DNA of 63,862 nt, counting the filler, from Olpidium bornovanus S191 (Eukaryota; Fungi; Olpidiomycota): NCBI GenBank assembly GCA_017911155.1. It is 26 parts of 26 records of this genome, joined end to end, with 100 filler letters (N's around TTAATTAATTAA, not from the genome) between each part and the next. Parts side by side here need not be neighbours in the genome. Positions count along the whole stretch, not along the records: positions 25,296 to 27,943 come from JAEFCI010012380.1; positions 28,044 to 29,702 come from JAEFCI010011126.1; positions 29,803 to 32,906 come from JAEFCI010003138.1; positions 33,007 to 35,411 come from JAEFCI010000530.1; positions 35,512 to 39,093 come from JAEFCI010003453.1; 21 more parts are not named here. One strand, given 5' to 3'. Under the pieces are notes generated by a model, which ran no database searches, was not told the origin of the DNA, and worked only from the letters and a program-made list of their open reading frames with translations. Positions within the stretch are counted from its first letter, which is position 1, and every line of letters starts with the position of its first letter. Position numbers and translations under genes: made by a program. Positions 25,470 to 38,233 of the stretch are shown here, piece by piece.

Positions 25470-25660
25470 CGCGTGTGAGTGAGTGTGTGAGTTGTGTGTG
25501 TGAGTGAGTGTAAGTGAGTGTGAGTGAGTGTGAGTGTGTGAGTGTGAGTGAGTGTGTGAGTTGTGTGTGTGTGTGTGTATGTGTGTGTATGTGTGTGCGG
25601 GGGTTTCGGTTTTTTTTTCTAGGAGAGAGAAAAAGAGAGAGCGAGAGAGAGAGAGAGAGA
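25470..25660. repeat. Compound microsatellite (GTGA/GT)n followed by (GA)n
   Basis: Directly visible. Similar (GA)n tracts occur at 2251-2280, 33290-33550 and 58928-58956, and (TATG)n at 26843-26868. Confidence 0.9.
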
Positions 25661-25799
25661 GAAAGCGGAATTCATCCGTCGGCGGATCAAAACGAGAAGA
25701 GAAAAAACATTGTGCGGGCGTGGCAAGGGCGCGGGGGCCAAGGGCTGCTGATGGTTTTTTTTGGTTTTTTTTTTTTTTTTTTTTTTGGAGGAACCTGCG

Positions 25800-27420
25800 G
25801 ACACCCCTGCGGGGGGCTGACCCCGGGTGGGCGCGGCTTATCTCGGCGGCGGTTTCAACGCGGAACTTGGCGGAACGCGAGGTGCATCCCGGGCTCGTCT
25901 GCCACGGCGACGGTGGCGAAGCCGGACTCGCCGATGTGCAGCCGCAGGCGAGGAATGTGCTGCGGCTGGGCACGCGCGGCGATGCTGCGCAGGAGTCAAA
26001 GGGGTGGCCGTCGGTTGGGGGATGCCCCGCCGATCAGACAACGAAAAAACGGCGGGCGGGCGGGGCGAGGACTTCCCCCCTTCTTCTCCCCTCCGTCCCG
26101 AAACATCGCCCATCCAAAGGAAAAAAAGAAAAGAAAAGAAAAAGAAAAAGAACGCGGCAGCGAACCTTTGGGCGGGGTTCCCGGCGGCGAGCGCGCGGCC
26201 GGTAAAGGCGGATGACACGGCGGGCTGGGGCGGCGCGGCGCCGCGGGCGACGAACGCCGCCGGCGGGAACGACCCTTGGCGCGGAGCGGTGGAGCGGGCG
26301 GCGCCGGACTGGTTCCGCCAGCGGGACAGGGCGCGCGCGCTCATCGTCGCCGTGTTGCCGCGGTGTCCCGGAGGAGCGCCGCGCGGGGAGGAGGCGGAGG
26401 CTCCGTCTGCTGCCGGGGCTCGCGCGGCCGACGGCGACGCACCGCCTCCTCCTTCTCCTCCTCCTCTCCCCTCGACGGCGGCCGGTTCGGGCGCAGCGCG
26501 GCGAGCCAGCGCCGCCGAGGCCGGCGGCGAAACGGGCTCCTGCCAGGGAAAAGCGCGGGGCGGACGCTGGCCGCTCGCGGCGGGCGGCGCGGCCGTTGTC
26601 GACCGGGCGAAACCGCTACTCCGGCTGGCGGAGGAACCGGCCGCCGCCGCCGCTCCCCCGCCAGAGGAGGGCCAGGCCGGGGCGGTCGGGACGGCGGCGG
26701 CCGGGAGCGGCGGACACTGCAGGAACTGCTCGCGCAGCCTGTTCGCTCCGCGGCGGAGCCGGTTCGACTGCTGCCGAAGAGCGTCGAACACGGCGGTCAG
26801 GCCGTCGTTCCTCAGCCGCTCGGTCTCTGCGATATATACACATATGTGTATGTATGTATGTATGTATGTGTGCTTTAAAAGAAGTTGCCGAGAGGGCCGG
26901 ATGAGACAGACACGCACGCTCGCGCGCACCCACCTCCGCTGCGCCGAACGGCCGCATAGTGTCCCGCTCGGGCGGCCAACCGGACGACGTTCGACAGAGT
27001 GTTTTCGGGGTGCGTCACCCTTCCTCCCTGGCCCGCCCCACTCCGGATCTCCTCGGCCGCTCGGCGGGCCGCTCGGTCGGCCGGCTGATCATGGCCGGCG
27101 TAGGCGGGCAGACGGCGGGCGCGCGGCTCCGAACGGTTGGAATGGATACCGGGAGGCCGCCCGGCGGCGAAGTTGACGGGCGCGGGGGTGTCGCCTGCGG
27201 GCCCGTCCTCGTCCTCGCTCACCGTCTCGTTGCCGGTGTCCTGTTGCTCATCGCGATGTTCCCCGGAATTGAAGTCGGTCGCATACGCCTCCCAGCCGCC
27301 GCCGCCGCCGGCGTTCCGGAAGCGGCACCAGGTTTGCAGGCACTCGCCGTCGTCCGAGCTTTCCGAAACCGTCCGGGTGTGCTTGCCGGACGGCTGGTCG
27401 ACGTGCATTGGTATCCCCAT
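25800..27420 (-). CDS. Probable multi-exon uncharacterised low-complexity protein
   Basis: Open minus frames MGIPMHVDQPSGKHTRTVSESSDDGECL... and ETERLRNDGLTAVFDALRQQSNRLRRG... are separated by intron-like microsatellite stretches. No family recognised. Confidence 0.35.
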
Positions 27421-27889
27421 TCTGTCGGTGGGGGGGGTCGATGAAGCCGGGCTGCGAAGGGTTTTGAGGCGAGGGAGGGGTGGGGGTCAGGCGGGTGCGG
27501 TCGGTCGGGAGGTGATTGAAGTTGGCGGGGCGGGAGTGCAGCAGCAGCAGCAGCAGTGGGAGTGGGGGGGGGGTGTGCCAGACGTGCGCAAAGGAGGAGG
27601 AGGAGGAGGAGGAGGAGGACGGGGGTAGATTGGCCGCCGTGTGCGTGTGCGTGTGCGTGTGCGGTGTGCGGGAGAAATGGCGGAGAAAAGGGAGGAGAGG
27701 AAAAGGTGTGTGACACTTTCCTTTTTTTTTTCCTTTTTTTTTCCCTTGTTTTTTCCCCTCCTTCGATTCCGTTCGAATCCCGTCGCCTACCAAAAACCTT
27801 CCTCAATTCCCGCCCCCCCCCCCCCCCCCCCCCCCGCCCGCCTCCCCCGCCTGCGATCCGCCACTTTTCACAGCAACGAAAACGGTGGG

Positions 27890-27936
<47 letters not shown>

Positions 27937-28043
27937 CCCCCCCNNNNNNNNNNNNNNNNNNNNNNNNNNNNNNNNNNNNNNNNNNNNTTAATTAATTAAN
28001 NNNNNNNNNNNNNNNNNNNNNNNNNNNNNNNNNNNNNNNNNNN

Positions 28044-28246
28044 CATGTATACGAATTATCTAGACCTGCACCGTGTACGCGTGTTGGACCGGCCATAGGC
28101 CGTGGCTATTTAAAGTGAGGCTAGATCCATACGTTAAAATTTTTCCAGACCCCGATCCAGACCTAAAACTCCAGAATCCAGAGCGCTAACGGTGAGTACA
28201 ATCTCTAGAGAGCCTTGTTAGCAGATTATGTCATTCACTTGTTGCA
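28044..28246 (+). mobile_element. 3' part of an LTR of the same family as 49308-49988
   Basis: CCAGACCTA..CTCCAGA.TCCAGAGC...TACAATCTC.AGA.AGC...GATTATGT..TTC.CTTGTT.CA aligns with the end of the 49308-49988 LTR. No PBS follows, so it is a 3' or solo LTR. Confidence 0.7.
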
Positions 28247-29917
28247 ATCTGTCCGGCTCTACCTTATGAACAAGCATGGGGAACAGAGGGAGTGCGTGGC
28301 GCCTAAGCGGGCCATGGCGCCCATCTCCCGACGTTCTTTAGTTCCACACTCCTTCATTCCCACATCAAACGCGTCATTTCAGGGTTTTCTGATCAACCGC
28401 CGCGTGTTCTAGATTCTTCTCATTTTTGACTTTTTTTCTTTGTTTTTCGGGTGATAATCATTTCTTCCTCCCGCTTTACTTCCATATGCTGCATGCTCTG
28501 CGGACTATGGCACCCTTATTGCGGCAGGCATACCGCGGCACGCATGCGTTGCGTTGAAAGTTTAATGAAAAGGTTCGGCATGCTGTCTTCTTTACTTTTT
28601 TGACGCCGTCGTCGTTGGTAGTCTGTTTTCCTTGTTGTTTTTTTTTGGCGGTTCCCCGCGTTCGTTTTATCCTGTTCTTTTTTTGATGCCATTTTATCCT
28701 TTTCTTTTTTTAATATCTTTCTCCCTGTGTTTATTTTTTTTCTGTTTTTGGACGCCTGCCGGCCGCGGGTGCACCTTTCGTTCTTCTTTTTTTTGCTGGT
28801 CCCGGGGGCGTGGTCGTGCCGGAATTGCCAGCGGAAGCTTTTTTATTTTCTTTTTCTTTTGTTTGTTTTGATGGACCGTCACGTGTCGTGGTTTTGTGCC
28901 GTGTATTATGCTCCCGTCGTCCCGCTGCAGCTGTCATCGAGCGCCCTCATCCCGCCGCTGTGCGCCGTCATGCTGCCGGCGTCAGAGATAAAACCGAAAT
29001 TCACGTGACCTGCGAGGCGCTGCCGGCCACTACCCCGGCACAATCCGTCCCCTCCGGTATTCTCATCCAAACGAACGCAGAAAGCGCAAACACAACACAG
29101 CAGGACCCCGCGACAACCGTCGCCCGTTGGCGCGCGTGACTTCCTTTCTCTCGTCCCTCTCAACTTCCGAGCCCGCTCCCACACGCCGCCCACTGCCCTT
29201 TCGCGCGCCGCCGCATCTTGAAGTGCGCGTGGCCGGCGCGCAGGCAAAGCACTTCGCATGTCGCGTCTCCGTACGCAAACAAACACACGTAAGAGCTCGG
29301 CGATACCCCGGCCCCCATCTCCCCCCCCCCACCCCCTCCCTCCTTTTCCCGTCCTCTTCCACCCGCTACCCCTCCTCTCCCTCAAGAAAGGGAGCGCTTG
29401 TTTTGCCGGATCGGCTGGAAGGAGATGCGCGTACGCCGACCTCGCGGTCGGCGCTTGGGGCATTTTTTTGCCGCTTTGGAAAACCCCTTCCTTGATAACA
29501 TTGTTCCACAGGGAGTGCGCGAACTCCGGTCGACGAGGTCTTTTGCCGAACGAGGTGGTCCGAGTCGCGTAATTCCAATCGTACGCGCGAGATTAGAGAA
29601 TCGATAAATATGCGGATACTTTGCGTACCTGTCGCGCCTTCTAACGATAACCAAATTCCGCCACTGAGCAGAGCGGACCTTTTAAAAACGACCCCGAACA
29701 TGNNNNNNNNNNNNNNNNNNNNNNNNNNNNNNNNNNNNNNNNNNNNTTAATTAATTAANNNNNNNNNNNNNNNNNNNNNNNNNNNNNNNNNNNNNNNNNN
29801 NNCATGACGTTTGAGAGCCAGCGGTGTCCAAATCAACTTGCGGGCAGTGGTCGACACCTAACGCTTTTGCCGCGTCCTTTTCGTACGCGCGCGCTTTTGC
29901 CGCGGAAATTCGCCCAG

Positions 29918-30076
29918 TCCCGAGACTGCCAGAACGCTGCGGTCGAGAGGCCGGTCAGGTCGTGCTACCGCTGCGGCGAGCGCGGGCACGTCAGCAGGGA
30001 GTGTCCGCAGCAGCCGGCTCAAGACCACCAGCAGCAGCCCGAGAGGCAGCCGCAGCCCGTCGGTGTGATGGCGTGA
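29918..30076 (+). CDS. Last exon of a CNBP/Gis2/Byr3-like CCHC zinc-knuckle protein
   Basis: After an acceptor CAG: SRDCQNAAVERPVRSCYRCGERGHVSRECPQQ...*. The leading SRDC completes a previous knuckle. Confidence 0.75.
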   Translation, partial: SRDCQNAAVERPVRSCYRCGERGHVSRECPQQPAQDHQQQPERQPQPVGVMA

Positions 30077-31588
30077 CGAGCGACGGCCGCGGCATTTCGA
30101 GTCTGTGCCGAGAGGGGGCTTTCGCCCATTGCTTACAGCCCGGCGGTCGACCGGCACGAACGAAGCAGAGAAAGCGTCGCGGGAGTGGTGACGCAGCGTG
30201 GTGTTGGGGGAGGTTGTGGGAGGGGCGTGGAGACAGACAAACGGAGTTCCCGTTTCCGCTTTTTCTTTCGATAGTATTCTTGGTTCGTGATATCCCGAAG
30301 CGGGAGGAGGAGGAGGGTAAAAAGGGGGCGCGTTAAGAAATTCGCCTTTTTGCGGTGGGTCTGTTGGTGGCGCATACAAGCTGTTCCCCCTTTACCTTAA
30401 CAAATTGCCGGATTATCAGGCCCGCGAACCCGCGGAAAACTTCTGTTTCGTCTGGCGTTTGCTTCATCGACGATATGACGGATAGAAAGAAAAATCGGCC
30501 GACTGACGACCGCTCAAGGAAGAGACGAAGCCGGCGGCGCTTTTTTTTTTTTTTTTTTTGTTTTTTTCCCACCCAACGAGCTTTGAGCGAACTATTTTGC
30601 TGTTTCCAAAAAGAGCACACACGCGCGTCCCCGACACCGGGCGCGTCCCGCTGTGGAAATTCTAGTGTCCCTTCTGTACTTCTTGAGCTTCTTGAGCAAA
30701 AATTGCTGTCAAACTGCAGTCCCTCCCAAAAGGGATAAAGGACCTTCAGCCATGGTGACTCTCTCAGCCCATTCTCTCCCTCCAGTTGCGTCCTAACGCA
30801 GTGTGATACAGCGAAGCGATAGCCATAACATGGGCTCATTGTGTAGATACTCTCTCTAGCTTGGCGGCGTCATTAAACGCACGACACTTGTCCTCTGTCG
30901 CGGAAAGGCCTTCCACTACTGCCACACCGCTCGCATATCAGCCGCGGAGAAATTCTTCGTAATTTATGCGCTCAGCATTTGCAGGTGCAGTGTGTGTGCT
31001 CGCCGAGCACGCGACGGTTGACCCGGCCAAAGAAACGCGGGGGCGGCATGAAGTGCGGAAACTTCCGGGGCAGGGTTGAGATATTGCATGAGCTCACGAT
31101 TCTCGCAGCCATAGGTGTACAGCCCCCGCCCTTAGCAGGGATTTGGTCCAATGCCAAAGGCAGCTTGTTCAAGCCGTGCAAGTACTCGATGACGGGCGTG
31201 TATCAGCCAAAGCAGGGTCGACGCGAAGGCTCTCGAAAATTAGGTATATTATATTCCAGCCTATAACCCAATTTAAATAATTGAAGCTCAAACCAAATAT
31301 CGTCTTTGTATAAATCATTCTATAACAGGTTCTATGTTCGCGCAATGAATCTTTTTTTTTAAACCTGCAATCACATGCATGTCATGCTGAAAAGTCATCG
31401 ACTTCGCCGAAGTCACCATCCGGATCCGCTGTCTTCCGAAACAATAATTCCTCCTCCGCTCTCCCTCGCCCTGATCATCTTGGAGTATGGCTTTGCACAT
31501 CCCGCGTTTGTGAATTCCGGAACACCAACGGACTAGCTTACGTCACAACACACAAGGACGGTTTACATCAACTTTTGCACAACCTTTC

Positions 31589-32630
31589 TCAAAGACCCTG
31601 ATGGCCCTGCTGATCATGCTGGTCCTGCTGAACTTGATGACCATGCTGACCGCGGGCTGCTGCGAGCTCCCTTTCGATGCGAAAGATTTCTTTCTCCATT
31701 TCCACAAATCTGGCTTTGTTCGCCTCGATTTCCGCTTCAACCTCCTCGACGCTGGCTTTGTTCTGCTCACTCTCGGCGGCAGTGGCCCGCAACAGAATTA
31801 TCCTGTCGAGCTGAATCTGCTGCTCCTCCGGGGAGAGGGACGCCACGGGGAGGCCCTTCTCATTCAGCTTGGCCGTCAGGGTGGAAAACTGGCAAACAGT
31901 ACGCAGCTGGCGCATCTCCTCCGGCATCTCGCCCCAAGTGGGCGTGTGCTTCAGTTAATACGTCCAGAGCTCCAGGGGAGTCTCAACCTCCTCCTTTTTT
32001 TGTTGAAGAGGGGGAGGCCCACCCAATGGAATGTCGCCAACGGCTCGTACACCCCCTTGATCTGGTGGACGTCCCGGGCATACCAGCGCTGGTGCACTAC
32101 TGACTTGCGCTTGTAGACACAGGCAATGTGATGGACCTGCCGGATGTCCCTGTCGGGTGAGTGGATGGTATGGTCTTCTTGCAGACGTTGCCGACGCGCC
32201 GGTTGACAAAGCCGTGCGCGCCCGCATACGGCATCTCCACAGTCATAGAGGAGCTCTCAGCGCGGAAGTGCAAGTCGGCAATGGTCTTGCCCGGCTTGTT
32301 TGGGGAGCACCCTGGGTCGTCGCCACCGGTGGCCTGCTTCAAGGCGGTCGCAGTGGGGGACGGTACGATGATGCTGGCATCGGTGATGGCCATGCCGCTG
32401 ACGTTGATGCCGAAGGAGGCGATGACAGCCTTGGTGGCAGCACGGGCCTTCTTGAAGACTCACTGGAACGCCAGGTGGTTGGTTACGGGGGTGCCGGAAG
32501 AGGGGGCACGGCGCCCCGGTGCGCGGGGATCCCGCTGCTGCTCCTGCTCCGTAGTGGTGGTCTTCGTCTTCCTCTCTTTTCTTGTTGTCGCCGCGGTTAG
32601 CCGGCGTGCGGTTCTTGGGGTGTTAGATCG
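31589..32630 (-). pseudogene. Interrupted coding-like region, possibly transposon-derived
   Basis: Protein-like segments (MAPRSNTPRTARRL..., KARAATKAVIASFGINVSG..., coiled-coil EEVEAEIEANKARFVEMEKEIFRIERELAA) are broken by stops and frame changes. Family not recognised. Confidence 0.3.
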
Positions 32631-33006
32631 GGGGGGCCATGACGTCGTAAACGGCTTATTACGTTTGGTTTTTGGCGTTTCAAGCGGTTCATTCAGGTCT
32701 TCAGGGGGGAAGGTGGGGGGGGGGGGGGGGGGGATGTATTATAAAATAGAGCCGAGAGGGTATTCGGGAACCCGCAGGCGGAGGAGCGGTGAACCCGTTA
32801 GACCGGTAGAAGGAAGAAAACTATATTTTTGTCGACTTTCTAGCTCGGCGAGGCCTACTTTATATGTCGGGGATCTAGCGATTCTACAAGGGCGCACAGG
32901 GGCTGGNNNNNNNNNNNNNNNNNNNNNNNNNNNNNNNNNNNNNNNNNNNNTTAATTAATTAANNNNNNNNNNNNNNNNNNNNNNNNNNNNNNNNNNNNNN
33001 NNNNNN

Positions 33007-33082
<76 letters not shown>

Positions 33083-34029
33083 GGGGGGGGTTTCCCCCCC
33101 CCCCCCCCCTTCCCCTCCCCCTTTCGTTCTTTCCTCCCCCCCTTTCCCCCCACCCCTGCCGCCTCACGCCGCGCTTGCTGGGGGAGAAGTGATACCCTTT
33201 CTTTCTCATCAAGCAAGGGGGGGGGGAAAGGCCGGTATGGGGAGGGTTGAGAAAAAGGCAGAGAAGAGGGGAGGGAGAAAGCAAAAAAAAAAAGGGAGAG
33301 AGAAATAAGGAGAGAGCGAGAGAGAGAGAGAGTTAGAGAGAGAGAAAGAAAGAGAGAGAGAGAGAGAAAGAGAGAAAAAAAAAAGAGAGCTTTCGTCCCT
33401 CCCGCCGTCGCCCTCCGTGTTTTCTTCCACACTCAAAAAAAAAAACGAGCGAGAGAGAGAAAGAGATAGAGAGAGAGAGACTAAGGGAGACTGAGCCTGA
33501 GAGAGATTGAGAGAGACTGAGAGAGATTGAGAGAGACTGAGAGTGAGCGAGGTGAGAAGGCGTTTTGCGCGAGAGAGCGTGCCTGTGGCAGAAAAGAAAA
33601 TGAGGCCGAGGCGGAGTGTTGTGCCCGAAAAAAAAAAAAAAAAAATTATCCCCGCCCACCCCTTCACCCAAAGGGAAAAAAGAGGGAAACAAGTAGAAGG
33701 GGAGAGAGAAAGGAGAGCGGGACAAAAAAAAAAAAAAAAACACCTTCCCTGTTCCTGCCGTGCTAACCGCCACCGCCCCGCCGCCGCCCGTCCGAAGAAG
33801 AACGGAAGAAGAAGACTAGTAAAAAACGAAGGAGCTCCCGGACCCCCTCGCGCTGCTGGCGCCCGACCTTCCCGCGGGTCCCGCCGCCGCTGCCAATCGC
33901 CGTCCGCTCCGACACTTTCCCTTTTTCCCCGGCGCCAGCGCGTTCGTTCCCGGTTGCGCTCCTCTCGCCCCTTCTGCCGGGCGGCCCTCCCCGCGAGAGG
34001 AGGCAAGAATGCTCACTGCCCTGCGGCCC

Positions 34030-35238
34030 ATGGAAGCAACTCCAATGGCAGCCGCAGCGGCGGCGGCGGCAGCGGCGGCGGCGGCGGCGGTCTCTGCGGC
34101 AGCGGCGGCGGCTGCAGGCGTAGGAGGCGCGGACGACGACGAGGCGGCGGCGGTGGTGGCCGTGGCCGCTGCCGCCGCCGCCGCCGCCGCAGCCGCAGAG
34201 ACCGCCGCCCGCCCCTCCGCTTCCCCGGCTCCCGCCCCATCGAGGCCCGGGGGCGGACAGGAGCCGGTTTCCGCACCGGCGCCCGTGCCCGAACCGGCTC
34301 CGGCACCCGCTCCGCCAGCGCCATTAGCACTGGCACCACCGCCACCACAACCACCGGGGGCTGTTGCAACTTTTTCAACGGCGACAGAGACAACGTACGT
34401 CAACCACGTCGTCACCGCCGAAACTACCGGCGGGTTCGTACGGGAAGCGTTGATGGAGGAGTGGGAAACGACGTGTGCGACGGCGATGACGGTAATCTAC
34501 TCGTCGCCCGACGAAGTGCCGGCTCTCGACGGTGACCTGCCCCCCGCCCCTGCCGCCGCTTTCCCCGCGGGCGATCTTCCGGCGCCGGAGTCTGCCGCCG
34601 CGGCCCGCGAGGCGGACGACGGCGCTTTGGCGCCGAGCGCTCCGCCGCCTGCCGAGACACCCGTTACGGGTCCGCCCCGACCGACGGCGGAAAGCGGGCC
34701 GGCGGCGGCGGCCGCCCGGGCGTCCTCGGGAGCCGGCGCCGACGCTCAGCTGGCTTACCTCGACCCCGCGATCACCCGGCTTCGGGCCGCTGCCGTCAGC
34801 GAAGGGGCAGCCGCGAGCGTCTTCGCCGTTGCCGGTTCCGTGGAATCCATCGGGTCTCCCCGCACTCCCCACCACCACAAGCGCCACACCTTCACCTCCC
34901 CCCCCGCGGTGTCGCTGATCGACTACGGTGCCCTGTCGTCCGGCAACGTCGTGACCGGCCCGCTCTCCGCCGTGGACGCCGGCGACCATTCGCCCGAGGC
35001 CCGAGCGAAGCGGAAAACGCTCCGGAGGCGCAACACCTTCAACTTCGCCTCCCAGCTTTCCCGGGACGAAGACGAGGAGCAGGCGTCGAAGAAGCAGGAG
35101 GCGTTTGCGCGGCGGCTTACAAAGAAGGCGAAGAAGAAGAAGCCCGGCGACGACGAGGTCGCGATCGGAACCAAGATCGGCGAGGACCACGTCAACTACG
35201 TCATGATGTACAACATGCTGACTGGAATTCGCATCGGC
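34030..35238 (+). CDS. MSS4: Phosphatidylinositol-4-phosphate 5-kinase Mss4/Its3, first exon (3' partial)
   Basis: Long Ala/Pro-rich N-terminus, then EVAIGTKIGEDHVNYVMMYNMLTGIRIG, the conserved start of the fungal PIP5K domain, followed by a GTAAGT donor at 35239. Confidence 0.88.
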
Positions 35239-35511
35239 GTAAGTATGATCGCTCGGTTCTTACGTCGACAGTACGGCGTTTTTTCTTCCACATGAACGCC
35301 GAGTCGAAAACGGACGAGCCCACGTCGTCCCCCGCTTCCGAGTTCTGCTCGAACACCCGTTCCTCCACGGAAAACCCGCGAACTCGCCGATCCGTCGAAA
35401 CCGTTCGCTGANNNNNNNNNNNNNNNNNNNNNNNNNNNNNNNNNNNNNNNNNNNNTTAATTAATTAANNNNNNNNNNNNNNNNNNNNNNNNNNNNNNNNN
35501 NNNNNNNNNNN

Positions 35512-37199
35512 CATGAGGAGCTCATTCGCCTAGGCCTCAAACAGCTCCCAATGGATCTCTGCATCTATGTCTTGCGATCAGGTCAAACGAGCACCCTGAT
35601 CATAGCAATCTACGTGGATGACATCCTCCTGACGGGACCCAATGTCAAGACCATCGAAAGGTTCGAGAGACTACTTGCCCAGAAATTCAAGATGACCCAC
35701 GGCGGGAACGTCTCCTTCATCCTCGGTATCAGGATGACTACAAAGAGCGAAGGGCGAATCTTAAACCAAGAGCATTTTGCCAAGGCACTCCTTGGGAAGT
35801 TCAACATGACAAACGCGAAACGCTTCGCGATTCCCCTGCAAGCGGAAGCCCTGGAGGTGCTGACCATGGTCACGCCACAAGACGAAAAAAAGGAAGGGTG
35901 CGTCAAAAAGTACTCTGAAGCCATTGGATCACTTATGTGATTAGCAACCATGACTAGGCCCGACCTGGCATTCCCAGTGTCCTTATCTCAATTCACTGCA
36001 TCCCCAAGCGCCAAACACTGGGAAGTCGTTAAAAGAACGCTGCGATATTAAGCAGGAATGACTGACTACGGAATCCAGTTCAAGGAAGGAGACTCCAAGC
36101 TGACCGCATTCTATGATGCGGATTGGGCTGGGGGCCGACTGAGCCACGCTTCAACGACCGGCTTAGTTGTACTGTACGGCGACGGGCCAGTGTCATGGAC
36201 ATCAGCACGATAGAAGCGCCTCGCCACGTCTACCTGAGAAGCAGAGTTCGGTCACGGGCTCTTCAGCAGCCCAAGAGACTGTTTGGTTGAGGGTCCATTG
36301 TCCTCAGGATCTCGCAAGCGGGCAAAGAACCAACGCCACTGATGATAGACGACACGGGAGCCGTCGAGCTCACGGCAGACTACAAGACCTCATGTAGGTC
36401 GAAGCACATTGACATCAAGTATTACCACCTATGCTGGTGTGCAGCAGACGAGAGAATCAAGATCCAGAGAGTCGAGACCACGGAAAATCCGGCAGACATT
36501 TTCACCAAACCCTTAGACAAGGTCAAGTTTGTCAAATTCCGAAGGATGATCGGGCTATGCCTGAGCAGTGCATAGCCGCCCGGGATCCGAATCAAGAAAG
36601 GCCAACGTAAAGGCCTTAGAGGAAAACCAAGTGACCACGGGTGACAGATTCCTTAGGAGAGGTGGGGTGTAGAAAAAAAAGGGCTAGAAACCCGCGTGGC
36701 TCCTGTAGGAATCGCCCGTTCCCCCTTTTCCTCCCCCTGTAGAAGCGCCACTGTGATGAGCGCGTCGCGCCTCGGGTCCCGCCCGGGACCGTCGCCCGCC
36801 CCAGGGATTCGGACGGGCCGGGATCCAAGTGACCCGAACCCAAGCTCCCCCGCCATAAAATCTCCAAGCCCCGGCCCTCTCCCGGAGTCCCGCGTGCACA
36901 AACCGCCCGCCAGCACGCTCCGTGACGGAAACCGCGCGGAACGACCCGATGAACGAGACGAGCGAAGGACGGAACCCGCGTGGGGCTTGCCAGAGCCCGT
37001 GCGGATGCCCGCAGGGTACAGCGGGGCGTGGCGCGGCGCCCACGGCACGGCCGTCATATAAATAGCGTCCCCGACCCTCGTCTCCGTTGTGCGCCTCTTA
37101 CTCTTTACTCGACGTGTCCCTTCGCTCGTGTACTTGTACACGTGGTCAACCCGGACGTGAATACCGTTACTCTTCTACTTCGCGACCTCCTCCTTGACA
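35512..37199 (+). mobile_element. Decayed Ty1/Copia 3' half: RT-RNase H (35512-36575), PPT (36655-36667), 3' LTR from 36668 (right end uncertain)
   Basis: IAIYVDDILLTG, YSEAIGSLM*LATMTRPDLAF, YDADWAG, ST*EAEF, RSKHIDIKYYHL, ENPADIFTKPL, with several stops. Purine tract AGGAGAGGTGGGG then TGTAG; TATAAATA near 37057. Confidence 0.92.
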
Positions 37200-37402
37200 A
37201 AGGGCCCGACTGCGACGTAAAAGGAGCGCAACTCGCGCCTGTGCGCAGTCCAGTCGCACTGTTGCACTATAAAAGGAGCCTGTATCCCGTAAAAGTTTTA
37301 CCAAGATAATGAACAGCTCAAAACAGAAAGCTCCTGCCCGTCTTCCTGTCCCCGTTCGGCCACTGCCACGTTCGGTGGAAGCAAAGTCCTTCAGCCCGCA
37401 CC

Positions 37403-38233
37403 ATGCCCCACTCTGCCGTGCCGCCGGCCTTCCGCGGCCGCCGCGCCGCTTCGCCCGCCGCGCTTGCGAGCCCCCGCTCCCGGACGCGCCTCCGCCCCCG
37501 CTCCTCCGCCCGCCTGGACCCCTCCTCCCATGCGACCCCGCCGCCGCGCGACGGGCGTCCGACTGCCGGAGATCCCGGCCGGCGGCGCTTCGACCCGGCG
37601 CCGCCGCTGCCGCCGCCGCCGTTGCCTGGCGGACGCGCGCGCGCCGAGCTGGGTGACGGCCTGCAGAAGTCTTTCAAGCGCATCAGGGTGGAGACCGGCG
37701 ACGACGGACGCGGGCCGCAGGCGGCCGAGCATCAGATGATGGAAGTGGACCGGCCGCACGACGACGGCGGCGACGGCGTCGACGGCGACGGGCAGGCGAC
37801 CGTTCCGGTCAGCGCTGCGCCTTTCCCGTCCCGGCCCGCGCCGTGTTCCCCCGCCCGAGCGCCCTCGACCGTCCCGCCGTTCCCGTGGGCGCCGCCGCAC
37901 CCCCCGGCCGCTTACCCGCTGCGTCGTTCCGAAACGGAGTGGCCCCGCCGGCTGACGATCTCGACCCGGGCGGCGCCCGAGCCGGAAGACCAGTACAGCG
38001 CGGTGAACCTGCTGCTGCGCCCCGTGCACGCCGCCGGCCGAGCGTCTCAGCAGCAGCAGCAGCAGCACCACCACCACCACCACCATCACCACCATCACCA
38101 CCATCGCGCGCCAGGCGCGCCGTTCGACGCGGGCGGCGACGGACACCTGGTCGAGGAGACGCTGCAGGCGACGTTGAGATACGCCCCGATGAACCGGCTG
38201 CTGCACGATCTGCACGTTGCCCGGTATTCCTGA
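37403..38233 (+). CDS. Single-exon uncharacterised protein with poly-Gln/poly-His and a duplicated YxxxNxLLxxxH motif
   Basis: 276-aa ATG-to-stop ORF containing YSAVNLLLRPVH and YAPMNRLLHDLH, and a possible NLS (QKSFKRIRV). Confidence 0.6.
   Translation: MPHSAVPPAFRGRRAASPAALASPRSRTRLRPRSSARLDPSSHATPPPRDGRPTAGDPGRRRFDPAPPLPPPPLPGGRARAELGDGLQKSFKRIRVETGDDGRGPQAAEHQMMEVDRPHDDGGDGVDGDGQATVPVSAAPFPSRPAPCSPARAPSTVPPFPWAPPHPPAAYPLRRSETEWPRRLTISTRAAPEPEDQYSAVNLLLRPVHAAGRASQQQQQQHHHHHHHHHHHHHRAPGAPFDAGGDGHLVEETLQATLRYAPMNRLLHDLHVARYS

Noticed and set aside
2547-35190. Long antisense or alternative-frame ORFs (e.g. 2547-4073, 8187-9509, 20553-21548, 34375-35190)
   Set aside because: These are shadows of real GC-rich exons on the opposite strand, where stops are rare. 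They show no recognisable domains.
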